From NCBI GenBank assembly GCA_963804995.1, contig CAWDSK010000003.1, forward strand, positions 928,001 through 992,000: a DNA stretch of 64,000 nt, written 5' to 3'. How positions within the stretch are numbered: the first letter of the stretch is position 1; each line of letters begins with the position of its first letter. A program made the position numbers and the translations under genes. Under the pieces are notes generated by a model. That model made no database searches and was not told the origin of the DNA. It saw only the letters and a list, made by a program, of their open reading frames with translations. This document shows, piece by piece, positions 9,526-18,305 of the stretch. This DNA is from an uncultured Acidobacteriota bacterium (lineage in GTDB: Bacteria; Acidobacteriota; Terriglobia; UBA7540).

Positions 9526-12500
9526 GTGAGTGGAAGTAGCCGTTTTGCCATCTGTTCCCTGGGCGCAGACCAGAGTACGAGTAAAAGACGCGCACGCATC
9601 TCCCGTTGGTTGCTGTTGATGGCAATTTTGCTGGGCGCGGCATTTGTTCAGAAAGATCGAGGCGCTTTCACTCCCCCCACCCAACCTCGTTCTAACGCCC
9701 AATGGGCGCGCCTGTACGCTGCGCTTCCGTTGAGCTTTGAGGCGAACCGGGGGCAGACGGACCCCAGCGTGAAGTTCCTCTCGCGGGGACGCCGCTCCAC
9801 GTTGTTCCTTACCGGGCAGGAAGCTGTGCTGACACTGCGGAATCAGCCGGCAGCAGCCCAAAGTCAGAAGTCACGTGTCAGTCCTCGGCCCCCAGCCACT
9901 CCTGACTCTGTTCTCCGTTTGCGCTTGCTCGGTGCAAACGCCGACGCCGCCGTGGAAGGAAGCGACGAATTACCCGGCAAAGCCAACTACTTCCTCGGCA
10001 ATGATCCCAGCAAGTGGCGCAGGAATGTTCCAACCTACGCCAAGGTCAGGTACCGGAACCTTTATCCCGGGGTCGATCTGGTTTATTACGGCAACCAAGG
10101 CGGGGAACTCGAGTATGACTTTGTGGTAGCCCCCGGCGCTGACCCAAACAGCATCGCACTGGAAGTCGGGGCGCACGGCCACTCCCCCCTCCGGATCGCC
10201 GAGAATGGCGATCTCCAGGTTCGCCTGGAGGGTGGCGAGGTTAGCCTGCACCGGCCGACCATTTACCAGCCGTCCTCCGGTAATCTTCAAATGATTGCGA
10301 AGGACGGACCACGGACACCGGTTGAGGGGCATTACATCCTCACTGCCGCAAACCAAGTTCGCTTTGCCCTAAGCGCCTATGACCACACCAAGCCGCTGGT
10401 CATTGACCCCGTTTTGGCTTACGCCACCTACGTGGGTGGCAGTGGAGGTGACATCGGGTACGCTATCGCCGTCGATTCCTCCTTCGACGCCTACGTGGCG
10501 GGCTTTACGGCCTCTTCGAATTTCCCGACCAGCAGCGGCGCGAATAAAAAGGCGTACGGAGGTAATGGCGATGCCTTCGTCCTGAAAATGAATTCCTCCG
10601 GGACTGCCTTGCTCTATTCCACCTATATCGGTGGCAGCGGTGCAGACAGCGCCACAGCCATTGCGGTCAGCGCCGGCAATGCCTTTATCACCGGCAGCAC
10701 CAACTCCACAGACTTCCCGATCGCCCCCAATACGTCGATCGCGAAGGCCTTCCAGACCACTTACGGAGGCGGCGCGACCAATGCCTTCGTCGTCCAACTC
10801 GATACCACTGGATCAAGCCTCGTCTACTCCTCCTATCTGGGCGGTAACGGTGCAGACGCAGGCCAGGGGATCGCGGTGGATTCCGCCGGCAATGCCTACA
10901 TCACCGGCTCGACGCAATCTTCAAACTTTCCCGTTCTCAATTTCTTCCAACAGTACAGCGGCGGCTCCACGGATGCTTTTGTTACCAAGGTGAATTTCAC
11001 CGGCGAGGCGATTCTTAATTCCACCTATTTGGGAGGTTCCCAAGCGGATGTCGCCCAAGCTATCCAGGTGGACACTTCCAGCCCACCCAATATTTACCTT
11101 GCTGGCTACACCTATTCGCCGAACTTCCCTACGGCCCCTGCCACTCCCCTCCAGGGAACGATCGGGGGCGGAGCGGATGCTTTCGTAGCCGAGCTCAAAG
11201 GTGATTTCTCAGCCCTTATTTTTTCGACTTTCTTGGGTGGCTCAAGCTATGACCAGGCTAATGGCATCGCCTTGGACAGTTCCGGCAACGTCTACGTTGC
11301 GGGCTATACGTCTTCGACTAATTTCCCCACTGTCCTCGGGTCATTCCAGACCGCGCTCGAAGGCTCCCAAAACGCTTTCATTTGCAAATTGAATCCCGCG
11401 GGGTCCTCCCTGCTCTACTCGACGTATCTTGGCGGTAGCGGGACCGATCAAGCGAACGCCATCGCCGTGATACCCAGCGGAGCCTCCGCTGGAGTTGCGT
11501 TCGTTACGGGCTACACGTTATCCAGTAACTTCCCCACACACAATCCAATTCAAAGCGTCCTGGGACTCAGTAATAACACCTTTTGCCAGGGGCTTCCCTG
11601 CGCCGACGCTTTCGTCACCCAGCTCAATGCCGCCGGAAATGCCTTGACCTACTCCACCTACCTGGGTGGCAATGGACCCGACTTCGGCCAATCCATCGCG
11701 GTAGATAGTACCGGCGACCCCTACATCACGGGCAGCACATCTTCCACTAATTTCCCGGCCGTTTCCCCGATCGTTCCGGGAACCAATACCGTTTCGGGAC
11801 CCCCTTATGTGCCCCCCTATAAGTCCACGCTGACCGGTGCGTCGGGCAACGCGTTTGTGGCCAAAATTGACGTCGCCAATACCCCCACGATCTCCATCAC
11901 TCCTGCCAGTTTGACCTTCGGCAACGAAACTTTAAGCGTCACCAGCGCCTTGCAGCAGATAACCATCGTCAACCCGAGTACCACGAACCTGGCGATTACC
12001 TCGATTCAAATTGCACCGATCGGCACGTACAACACCATCTTTACGGAGACGGACAACTGCGTGGGGACCATCCCCGCGGGCGGCGGCTACTGCACGATGA
12101 ACGTGGCCTTTACGCCCGCCTACGCCGGTGCGGTGACCGATCAAATTACCATTACTGACAATGCGGGCGGAACGGCTGGCACCCAGCAAACCATTCCCCT
12201 GAGCGGATCAGGGGTGACGGCCGCAACGGCAGTCACGGTCGCACCCACCAGCCTTTCCTTCTCCAACCAGAATGTGGGGACCGTCAGCCCACCCCAAAGC
12301 GTTACCATTACCAACACAGGTACGGCCACGTTGAACATCACCCAGATTTCAACCAGTAGCCCTGAATTCACGCAGACCAACACCTGCAGCGCCCTGCTCG
12401 ACACCCTGGCCGTCGGGCAAAGTTGCAGCGTCAGCGTGACTTTCTCGCCCATCGCCAGCGGCACACGCAGCGGAACTTTGACTATTGCGGATACCGCCGT

Positions 12501-13407
12501 AGGCAGCCCCCAAACCATCGCTCTTTCCGGAATAGCGCTCGCCGCTTTCTCGCTGACTACCCCCAGCTCATCCATCACGGTGAACCCTGTACTGATTGGC
12601 GCCACCCAGACAACCTTCCTCATCGAGGCGATAGGGTCCACGAGTTTCAACGGCTCCATCACCCTGGCCTGCTCCTCTGGCACCACGTGCGCCTTCAGCA
12701 ATAACCCCATCTTTATTGGCAAAACCAGTACGATGACCGTCAGCAACCTCACGACTTCGATGCCCAACCCCTACAACTTTTCAGTTACCGGGACCAGCGG
12801 TTCACAAAACACCTCGTTTCCAGTAAGTCTTTTGTTTCAAGATTTCACGCTTTCGGCCACCCCGGCGCTCGTCACGATTCAGGCAGGAGCGACTGCGGGT
12901 TACACGATCATCGCCAACCCCCTCAACTTGTTCAACAAGCAAATAACACTAACTTGTAGTACCGGACAGCCGCCCGCTTCCACCTGCGTCTTTTCGAATG
13001 TCTCCCCCACTCTGAACGGCACCAGCGCCACGAACATTTCCCTTTCTCTCCAAACTGTGAAATATGTTGCTCCAACCCATGCCCCGCCTGGCTACCCCTT
13101 CGGCAAACTTCCACCGATGATATTGGGGGTCCTGGGGCTCTTGGCGCTTGCCTCTCTGGCGTTGGGAGTCCGGCGACGCGCCCACGGCGGCCGGCTTGGA
13201 ATGACCTGGCTGGGTGTACGACTGGCCATAATCAGCCTCATTATGGTGCTTGATTTAGCGCTGGGAAGCTGTCGTCCGAACACCCTGCTGCAGTCCGGCA
13301 CAACCACGGGCGGCTACACGATTACCATCAGCGGCACGTTGGTTGCGAATACCGCGGTGGTGCGGACAACGAGGCTGAATCTGGAAGTGACTTCTTCCAT
13401 ACCTTAA
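9526..13407 (+). CDS. SBBP beta-propeller-repeat surface protein with Ig-like domains (paralog of 5761..9420)
   Basis: Same domain order: FEANRGQ, YSTYLGG repeats, Ig repeats, TM hairpin. Confidence 0.9.
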   Translation: MSGSSRFAICSLGADQSTSKRRARISRWLLLMAILLGAAFVQKDRGAFTPPTQPRSNAQWARLYAALPLSFEANRGQTDPSVKFLSRGRRSTLFLTGQEAVLTLRNQPAAAQSQKSRVSPRPPATPDSVLRLRLLGANADAAVEGSDELPGKANYFLGNDPSKWRRNVPTYAKVRYRNLYPGVDLVYYGNQGGELEYDFVVAPGADPNSIALEVGAHGHSPLRIAENGDLQVRLEGGEVSLHRPTIYQPSSGNLQMIAKDGPRTPVEGHYILTAANQVRFALSAYDHTKPLVIDPVLAYATYVGGSGGDIGYAIAVDSSFDAYVAGFTASSNFPTSSGANKKAYGGNGDAFVLKMNSSGTALLYSTYIGGSGADSATAIAVSAGNAFITGSTNSTDFPIAPNTSIAKAFQTTYGGGATNAFVVQLDTTGSSLVYSSYLGGNGADAGQGIAVDSAGNAYITGSTQSSNFPVLNFFQQYSGGSTDAFVTKVNFTGEAILNSTYLGGSQADVAQAIQVDTSSPPNIYLAGYTYSPNFPTAPATPLQGTIGGGADAFVAELKGDFSALIFSTFLGGSSYDQANGIALDSSGNVYVAGYTSSTNFPTVLGSFQTALEGSQNAFICKLNPAGSSLLYSTYLGGSGTDQANAIAVIPSGASAGVAFVTGYTLSSNFPTHNPIQSVLGLSNNTFCQGLPCADAFVTQLNAAGNALTYSTYLGGNGPDFGQSIAVDSTGDPYITGSTSSTNFPAVSPIVPGTNTVSGPPYVPPYKSTLTGASGNAFVAKIDVANTPTISITPASLTFGNETLSVTSALQQITIVNPSTTNLAITSIQIAPIGTYNTIFTETDNCVGTIPAGGGYCTMNVAFTPAYAGAVTDQITITDNAGGTAGTQQTIPLSGSGVTAATAVTVAPTSLSFSNQNVGTVSPPQSVTITNTGTATLNITQISTSSPEFTQTNTCSALLDTLAVGQSCSVSVTFSPIASGTRSGTLTIADTAVGSPQTIALSGIALAAFSLTTPSSSITVNPVLIGATQTTFLIEAIGSTSFNGSITLACSSGTTCAFSNNPIFIGKTSTMTVSNLTTSMPNPYNFSVTGTSGSQNTSFPVSLLFQDFTLSATPALVTIQAGATAGYTIIANPLNLFNKQITLTCSTGQPPASTCVFSNVSPTLNGTSATNISLSLQTVKYVAPTHAPPGYPFGKLPPMILGVLGLLALASLALGVRRRAHGGRLGMTWLGVRLAIISLIMVLDLALGSCRPNTLLQSGTTTGGYTITISGTLVANTAVVRTTRLNLEVTSSIP

Positions 13408-13467
13408 ACCCTAGAAGCTTTGCTCGGCGCTGCGCCCCGGACTACTCGTCCGGGGCGCGCTGCCACC

Positions 13468-13650
13468 GTCGGGAAAAGACCCCTCACCCGACCTCGTCCC
13501 TCGGCCACCCTCTCCCCAAGGGAGAGGGAAAGGCTTTCACCGCGCGGTAGCGCCGCCAGAGAAACCCCCGCCCTCTCCCCGGGGAGAGGGTGGACCGCCG
13601 CCGGCGTTTTCATCAGCCGGGGCGGGACGGGTGAGGGGTCTTTTCCCGGC
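13468..13650. repeat. Inverted doublet of CCCCTCACCC-family REP-like units
   Basis: Arms GTCGGGAAAAGACCCCTCACCCG (13468-13490) and CGGGTGAGGGGTCTTTTCCCGGC (13628-13650); internal CCCTCTCCC..GGGAGAGGG hairpins. Confidence 0.8.
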
Positions 13651-13883
13651 CAACGAACCGTTACTCCAGAAGATGTCAAACTCTTACTGCCTCCCCGGCA
13701 GAGCCGGGGGACCTCCCGACGAATCAGGCAGTGCCCTCCTCTAACCACCCTGATCAACGCTTGATTGTTTTCCCGACCCCGTGGGTAAGTGTTATTGGCA
13801 TCCCGCGAATGTGATAATATTCGTTCTCGCCGTAAGTATTCTGAGGCAGCATCCTGGAGTGAAGACCTGGGTCACTTTGGAAG

Positions 13884-14096
13884 CTAGCGTGGTGTCCCGT
13901 GTTAGAGTTGACAATGGGTAGAACCCCCTCACCCGTCTGGCCTCGGCTGATGAGAACGCCTCGGCCAGCCACCCTCTCCCCCAAAGGGGCGAGGGCAAGA
14001 GAATTAACTCTCCCCTCGGTCGCCGCGGCGACAGAGGGGCTGGGGGGTGAGGGGGTCGGACAGCCTTGTCAAATATTAACCGGGACACCACACTAG
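13884..14096. mobile_element. MITE with IS630-like ends, copy 1
   Basis: CTAG at both ends; ~30-bp imperfect terminal inverted repeats (CTAGCGTGGTGTCCCG...CGGGACACCACACTAG); second copy at 35462..35672. Confidence 0.8.
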
Positions 14097-14214
14097 CAAT
14101 ATTGATGTAATACGGTAATCTCCGCACGGGGTACCATCACGGATGGGATGCGTGATGTTACCTTTTCGTGGCCGCTTCAAGTTACACCCACTTCACATCC
14201 CCGAGAGGATGACT

Positions 14215-15564
14215 ATGAGAAAACAAACGACACGACGGCAATTCCTGGAGGCTGCGGTGGCGGGCACCGTGGCGTTCAGCGGATCAACCGCGGCAAAATC
14301 ATCTCCGACGGTGCAGTCAAAGCCCACCGATAAGCTCGCGGCGCTGGGGGGTGAACCCGTTCGCCGCAAACCTTTCCCTTCCTGGCCTGTGGTCCAGCAA
14401 AACGACGAGACGCAATGGAAGCAAGTCCTGGACTCAAAGAAGTGGTGCCGGCTGGAGGGCAGCTACGCGAAGAAGTTCGAGGAAACCTGGGCCAAGATGC
14501 TGGGAGCCCGCTACTGCCTGGCCACCATGAATGGCACGAACGCCCTATGGACTTCGCTCAACGCCCTGGGGATCGGGCCTGGTGACGAAGTCATTGTGCC
14601 GCCCTACACGTTCGTGGCGACCGTGGACGTCGTTCTCAACCAGTTTGCGCTTCCGATCTTTGTCGATACCGATCCCGAAACCTTTCAGATCGATGCCCGC
14701 AAGATTGAAGCGGCCATTACTCCCCGCACGAAATGTTTGCTCCCCGTACACCTGGGAGGGGCCCCGGCAGACATGGATAAGATTTTATCGATCGCCCGCG
14801 ACCACAAGATACCCGTCGTGGAGGATGCCTGCCAGTCACACTTGGCCGAATGGCGGCAGCAGAAAGTCAGCACCCTCGGCGACTTGGGTTGTTTCAGCTT
14901 TCAAGCGTCGAAAAATCTGAATTCCGGGGAGGGCGGCGCAATCCTCTCGAACAACGCGGATCTCATCGAGGTCTGTGACAGTTTTCATAACGCCGGCCGG
15001 GGCACGGAACGCAAGGCATTCGGCTACGTTCGCAAGGCCACCAACGCTCGCATGACCGAATTCCAGGCGGCCCTCCTGCTCACGCAACTCGCGCGTCTGG
15101 AGGAGCAGTCTCGCCTCCGGACACAAAACGCGGTGCACCTCACCAAGCTGCTCGCGGAAATTCCTGGCATTACTCCTGCCCGGACCTACGAGGGATGCAC
15201 GCGGAACGCTTACCACCTCTATATGCTGCGCTATAACCCGGCCCACTTTTCCGGATTGCCAAGGTCGGGCTTCCTGAAAGCTCTGGAGGCCGAGGGCATT
15301 CCTGGCTCGGGTGGATACACGCCGCTGAACAAGGAACCCTTTCTCAAGAACACGCTGCACTCACGGTCCTTCCAAGCCACCTATTCACCGGCGGACATCG
15401 CGGCATACGAAGAGCGCAACCACTGTCCCGCGAACGATCAACTCTGTGAAGAAGCTGTCTGGTTTGAGCAGACCCAGCTTTTGGGCTCGAAAGAGGATAT
15501 GGAGCAGATTGCTGAGGCCATTCGGAAGATTCAGAAACACGCTTCCGCCTTACTCAGTTCGTAG
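14215..15564 (+). CDS. DegT/DnrJ/EryC1/StrS PLP-dependent aminotransferase with Tat signal
   Basis: [44 protein letters not shown]; start placed after SD GAGAGG. Confidence 0.9.
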   Translation: MRKQTTRRQFLEAAVAGTVAFSGSTAAKSSPTVQSKPTDKLAALGGEPVRRKPFPSWPVVQQNDETQWKQVLDSKKWCRLEGSYAKKFEETWAKMLGARYCLATMNGTNALWTSLNALGIGPGDEVIVPPYTFVATVDVVLNQFALPIFVDTDPETFQIDARKIEAAITPRTKCLLPVHLGGAPADMDKILSIARDHKIPVVEDACQSHLAEWRQQKVSTLGDLGCFSFQASKNLNSGEGGAILSNNADLIEVCDSFHNAGRGTERKAFGYVRKATNARMTEFQAALLLTQLARLEEQSRLRTQNAVHLTKLLAEIPGITPARTYEGCTRNAYHLYMLRYNPAHFSGLPRSGFLKALEAEGIPGSGGYTPLNKEPFLKNTLHSRSFQATYSPADIAAYEERNHCPANDQLCEEAVWFEQTQLLGSKEDMEQIAEAIRKIQKHASALLSS

Positions 15565-15732
15565 TGCCTTAACAAGAAGGGCCGCAAAGCGGCCGTTCAA
15601 ATCAACCTGAAGAGATACGGCGCGTTGTTACAGGATTCTTGTGAGGGGCTGATTTCGGAATCCCGCGGCAGCGCGCTCTCCAGGTTTCGCCTTGTCGGAC
15701 AACTGGACCTATGTTTTTGACCCTCATCCCCC

Positions 15733-15759
15733 TTGACAAATCTAGATTCGTTGTATAAT
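15733..15759 (+). promoter_or_regulatory. TTGACA-15-TATAAT promoter-like site with palindromic spacer
   Basis: Both consensus hexamers exact; spacer contains AATCTAGATT; 15-bp spacing is suboptimal. Confidence 0.4.
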
Positions 15760-15830
15760 AGTCAGATGGTAAACGGAGCTTCTCCATCCCATGGGCTCGA
15801 CGAATTTCAGATGGCGAACGGGTTTGTGAA

Positions 15831-16094
15831 GATGTTATACAAAACAAAGCATGTTAATCGCCGAGGGCCGAGAATTCCTGCTCCCTGCCAAAAAGCTATG
15901 TATTTTAAAAACAAAGACTTATATAATTCTCGCAGGGGCCGGGATGGTGAAATAATTTCAATCAGGATAGTCTAGCGATGTGTATGAAAACAAAGGAAAA
16001 TAAAAGCGACAATTTGGCAAGTCTGACGATGTTGATGAAAATAAGGAAGTTATGGTTGTTTTGTGACGATGTTTATGATAATAAAGGGAGTTAG
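15831..16094 (+). repeat. Five degenerate copies of an AT-rich motif GATGT-N4-GAAAA(C/T)AAAG-N2-4-TTA
   Basis: Copies start near 15831, 15897, 15977, 16028 and 16068. Confidence 0.7.
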
Positions 16095-16107
16095 CTTAAT
16101 TTTTAGG

Positions 16108-16218
16108 TCATATTTCAAGCATCAACTCCTCGCCCGGCTTCATCATGAAGGGCGTTACACTCATGCCATCGGGGTAGTCATCTTCCAGGACTTCGATGCT
16201 CGGCGTGCCGGACCAGAC
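16108..16218 (-). pseudogene. Possible C-terminal remnant of a SelA-like/DgaE-like PLP enzyme
   Basis: Translates VWSGTPSIEVLEDDYPDGMSVTPFMMKPGEELMLEI*; in-frame stop just upstream, no start; family match from memory only. Confidence 0.35.
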
Positions 16219-16393
16219 GTGTCAAGGGAATGGAACCTTTCTCCCACCCCTCAGAGCCTCCTGCACCTCTTCCCCGCCAGATCTCTTTTATGAACTGCCA
16301 AGATTGTGATAGCTTCTATCCCGCCCCAGCGCGAGGACTACACGCTTTCAGCCCTGCGACGGGGCACCCAAACATTTCCTTAGGAGGCCCTCC

Positions 16394-16891
16394 ATGCGTA
16401 ACAAGAAATCTACTCGTCGTTCCTTTCTCGAAGGCTCGCTCGCCGGCACGGTCACGATCGGGACCGCCGCTCTGGCCCTGCCCGCCACGGCTGCAGGCAA
16501 ATCAGGGGTCCAGAAGAAGATCATCACTCGGCCCGGTGAGCCCTTAACGCCAGCCTCTATGTTCAGCCCTGCGACCCAACTGGGCAACTTGCTGTTCCTT
16601 TCCGGTTCCGGTGCACACGATCCCAGCACCCACAAGGTGGTTCCCGGCCCGATCGGAAATCAAGTGAAACAATGCCTGGAAAACTTGAAGACGGTCTTGG
16701 AAGCCGCGGGCTCCTCGATGGACAAGGTACTGAAGTGTACAGTGTTCCTCACGGACATCACCAATTTCCAAGCCATGAACGAGGTCTACCACTCCTATTT
16801 TCCTGCGAACCCGCCCTGCCGGACAACCATCGCGGCAAAAGATTTGCCCGGTGAGTCTCCGGTTGAAATCGAGTGTATCGCTTACGTCTAA
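16394..16891 (+). CDS. RidA/YjgF/UK114-family protein with Tat signal
   Basis: STRRSFL; LFLSG, QVKQCLENL, MNEVYHSYF..PPCRTT, VEIECIA; SD AGGAGG. Confidence 0.92.
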   Translation: MRNKKSTRRSFLEGSLAGTVTIGTAALALPATAAGKSGVQKKIITRPGEPLTPASMFSPATQLGNLLFLSGSGAHDPSTHKVVPGPIGNQVKQCLENLKTVLEAAGSSMDKVLKCTVFLTDITNFQAMNEVYHSYFPANPPCRTTIAAKDLPGESPVEIECIAYV

Positions 16892-16962
16892 CCGAGGGAG
16901 TTGGCCATGAAAAGTGGAAGGGGCTTGCCCGCTATCTGAAAGCCTGACGCACCGAGCCGCGT

Positions 16963-18279
16963 ATGCCCTCGCTCGCCAGAAAACTTCGCGCCGTTGATTA
17001 CTTCACTCTCGCCTTCGGCACCATCGTCGGAGTGGGGTGGCTGGTCGTTATGGACGACTGGCTCGAGCGCGGCGGGCCACTGGGAGCGATGCTGGCCTTC
17101 GCGGTTGGTAGCCTGGCGCTCGCACCCATCGGATACGCATACGGCCAGCTTGTGATGGCCATTCCGGACGCCGCAAGCGAAGTCGCCTACACACAGAAAG
17201 TCTTTCCGCCTTGGGTCAGCTTTGCCACGGGTTGGATGATGACCCTGGTCTATCTGATCGTCTGCCCATGGGAAGCCGTCGCCATCGGCAAAATCGCCGC
17301 CTACCTTTTTCCCGGCCTGAATTCGTTCGCTGTATACCACGTCGCTGGCCAGCCGGTCTTTTTACCACGCCTCATCCTAGGCTTGGCGCTCGTTGCCCTC
17401 GTCACCTGGCTCAACTATCAGGGCATTCGTCTGAGCGCGAATTTTCAGAACTGGATGACGTTTACTTTGTTAAGTCTGTTCGTTCTCTTCGGCGCTTTTT
17501 GCATTCAGCGTGGCTCTGCGCACAACTTCTTTCCACTTTTCAGTCACGGCCGCATTGTTTCAATACTGCTCATGTTGCAGGTCGTGCCTTACTTCATGAC
17601 CGGATTTGAGGCCGTTCCCAAATGTGCCGAGGAAGCCAGCCCGGAGTTTCGTGCCCGGGGATTTTTTCGCGCCATCCTCCTCTCCCTCGCGACGGGTGCG
17701 CTGTTCTACGTCGCGGTCATCGCCATGGTCACGTTCGTCGCACCCTGGCAGTCTCTCATCCATGCAACTTTCGCCACTGCCGTGGCGTTTGAGCGCGCTT
17801 TCCACTCACGCGTCATCATCAACCTGCTCTTCGCCGCCGCCTTGGCTTCCCTTCTAAAGGCCTGTAACGGGAACTTTCTTGCTGCCAGCCGCCTGCTTTT
17901 CGGCTTGGGACGCGAGGGGTTTGTGAACCCCCGCCTGGGGCAGGTTCATCCTATCAAACGCACACCCTCGAATGCCGTGTTCTGCGCGGGAGCCTTCGGC
18001 GTGGTGGGAGCGCTTCTGGGCGAATCGATCCTTGTTCCTATCACCGAGGTCGGGTCACTGGCGTGCGCAGTCGGATGGCTCGCGACATGCGCCTCCTATC
18101 TGTGTCTGGAGAAAAGGTGGACAAGGCGGTCAATCGCTCTTGTAGGCCTGACCGTTTGCGCCGCCCTGATCCTGATGAAATTCCTTCCCTCGATCCCCGG
18201 GCACTTCACGACCTACGAATACTTGGCCTTGGCCGCATGGATAACGATCGGGCTCGCGGCCAAACGTCGTGGGCGCTAA
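16963..18279 (+). CDS. APC-family amino acid permease
   Basis: About 12 hydrophobic segments; GTIVGVG, GFEAVPKCAEEA, SRLLFGLGREG. Confidence 0.9.
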   Translation: MPSLARKLRAVDYFTLAFGTIVGVGWLVVMDDWLERGGPLGAMLAFAVGSLALAPIGYAYGQLVMAIPDAASEVAYTQKVFPPWVSFATGWMMTLVYLIVCPWEAVAIGKIAAYLFPGLNSFAVYHVAGQPVFLPRLILGLALVALVTWLNYQGIRLSANFQNWMTFTLLSLFVLFGAFCIQRGSAHNFFPLFSHGRIVSILLMLQVVPYFMTGFEAVPKCAEEASPEFRARGFFRAILLSLATGALFYVAVIAMVTFVAPWQSLIHATFATAVAFERAFHSRVIINLLFAAALASLLKACNGNFLAASRLLFGLGREGFVNPRLGQVHPIKRTPSNAVFCAGAFGVVGALLGESILVPITEVGSLACAVGWLATCASYLCLEKRWTRRSIALVGLTVCAALILMKFLPSIPGHFTTYEYLALAAWITIGLAAKRRGR

Positions 18280-18305
18280 CTTAAGGGATTCGAGGTCAGC
18301 TAGTT

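Noticed and set aside
9856..9912. Heptamer-like in-frame insert in the second SBBP protein (AAGTCAG AAGTCAC...CTGACTC)
   Set aside because: Only about two units with weak pairing; cannot be told from an ordinary variable loop
15580..15594. Intrinsic terminator after the aminotransferase
   Set aside because: GGCCGC-AAA-GCGGCC stem lacks a U-tract
15831..16094. Degenerate CRISPR array
   Set aside because: Repeats too divergent, spacing irregular, no cas genes
16347..16575. 14-bp direct repeat TTCAGCCCTGCGAC in the ridA leader and CDS
   Set aside because: Single short match with no supporting structure
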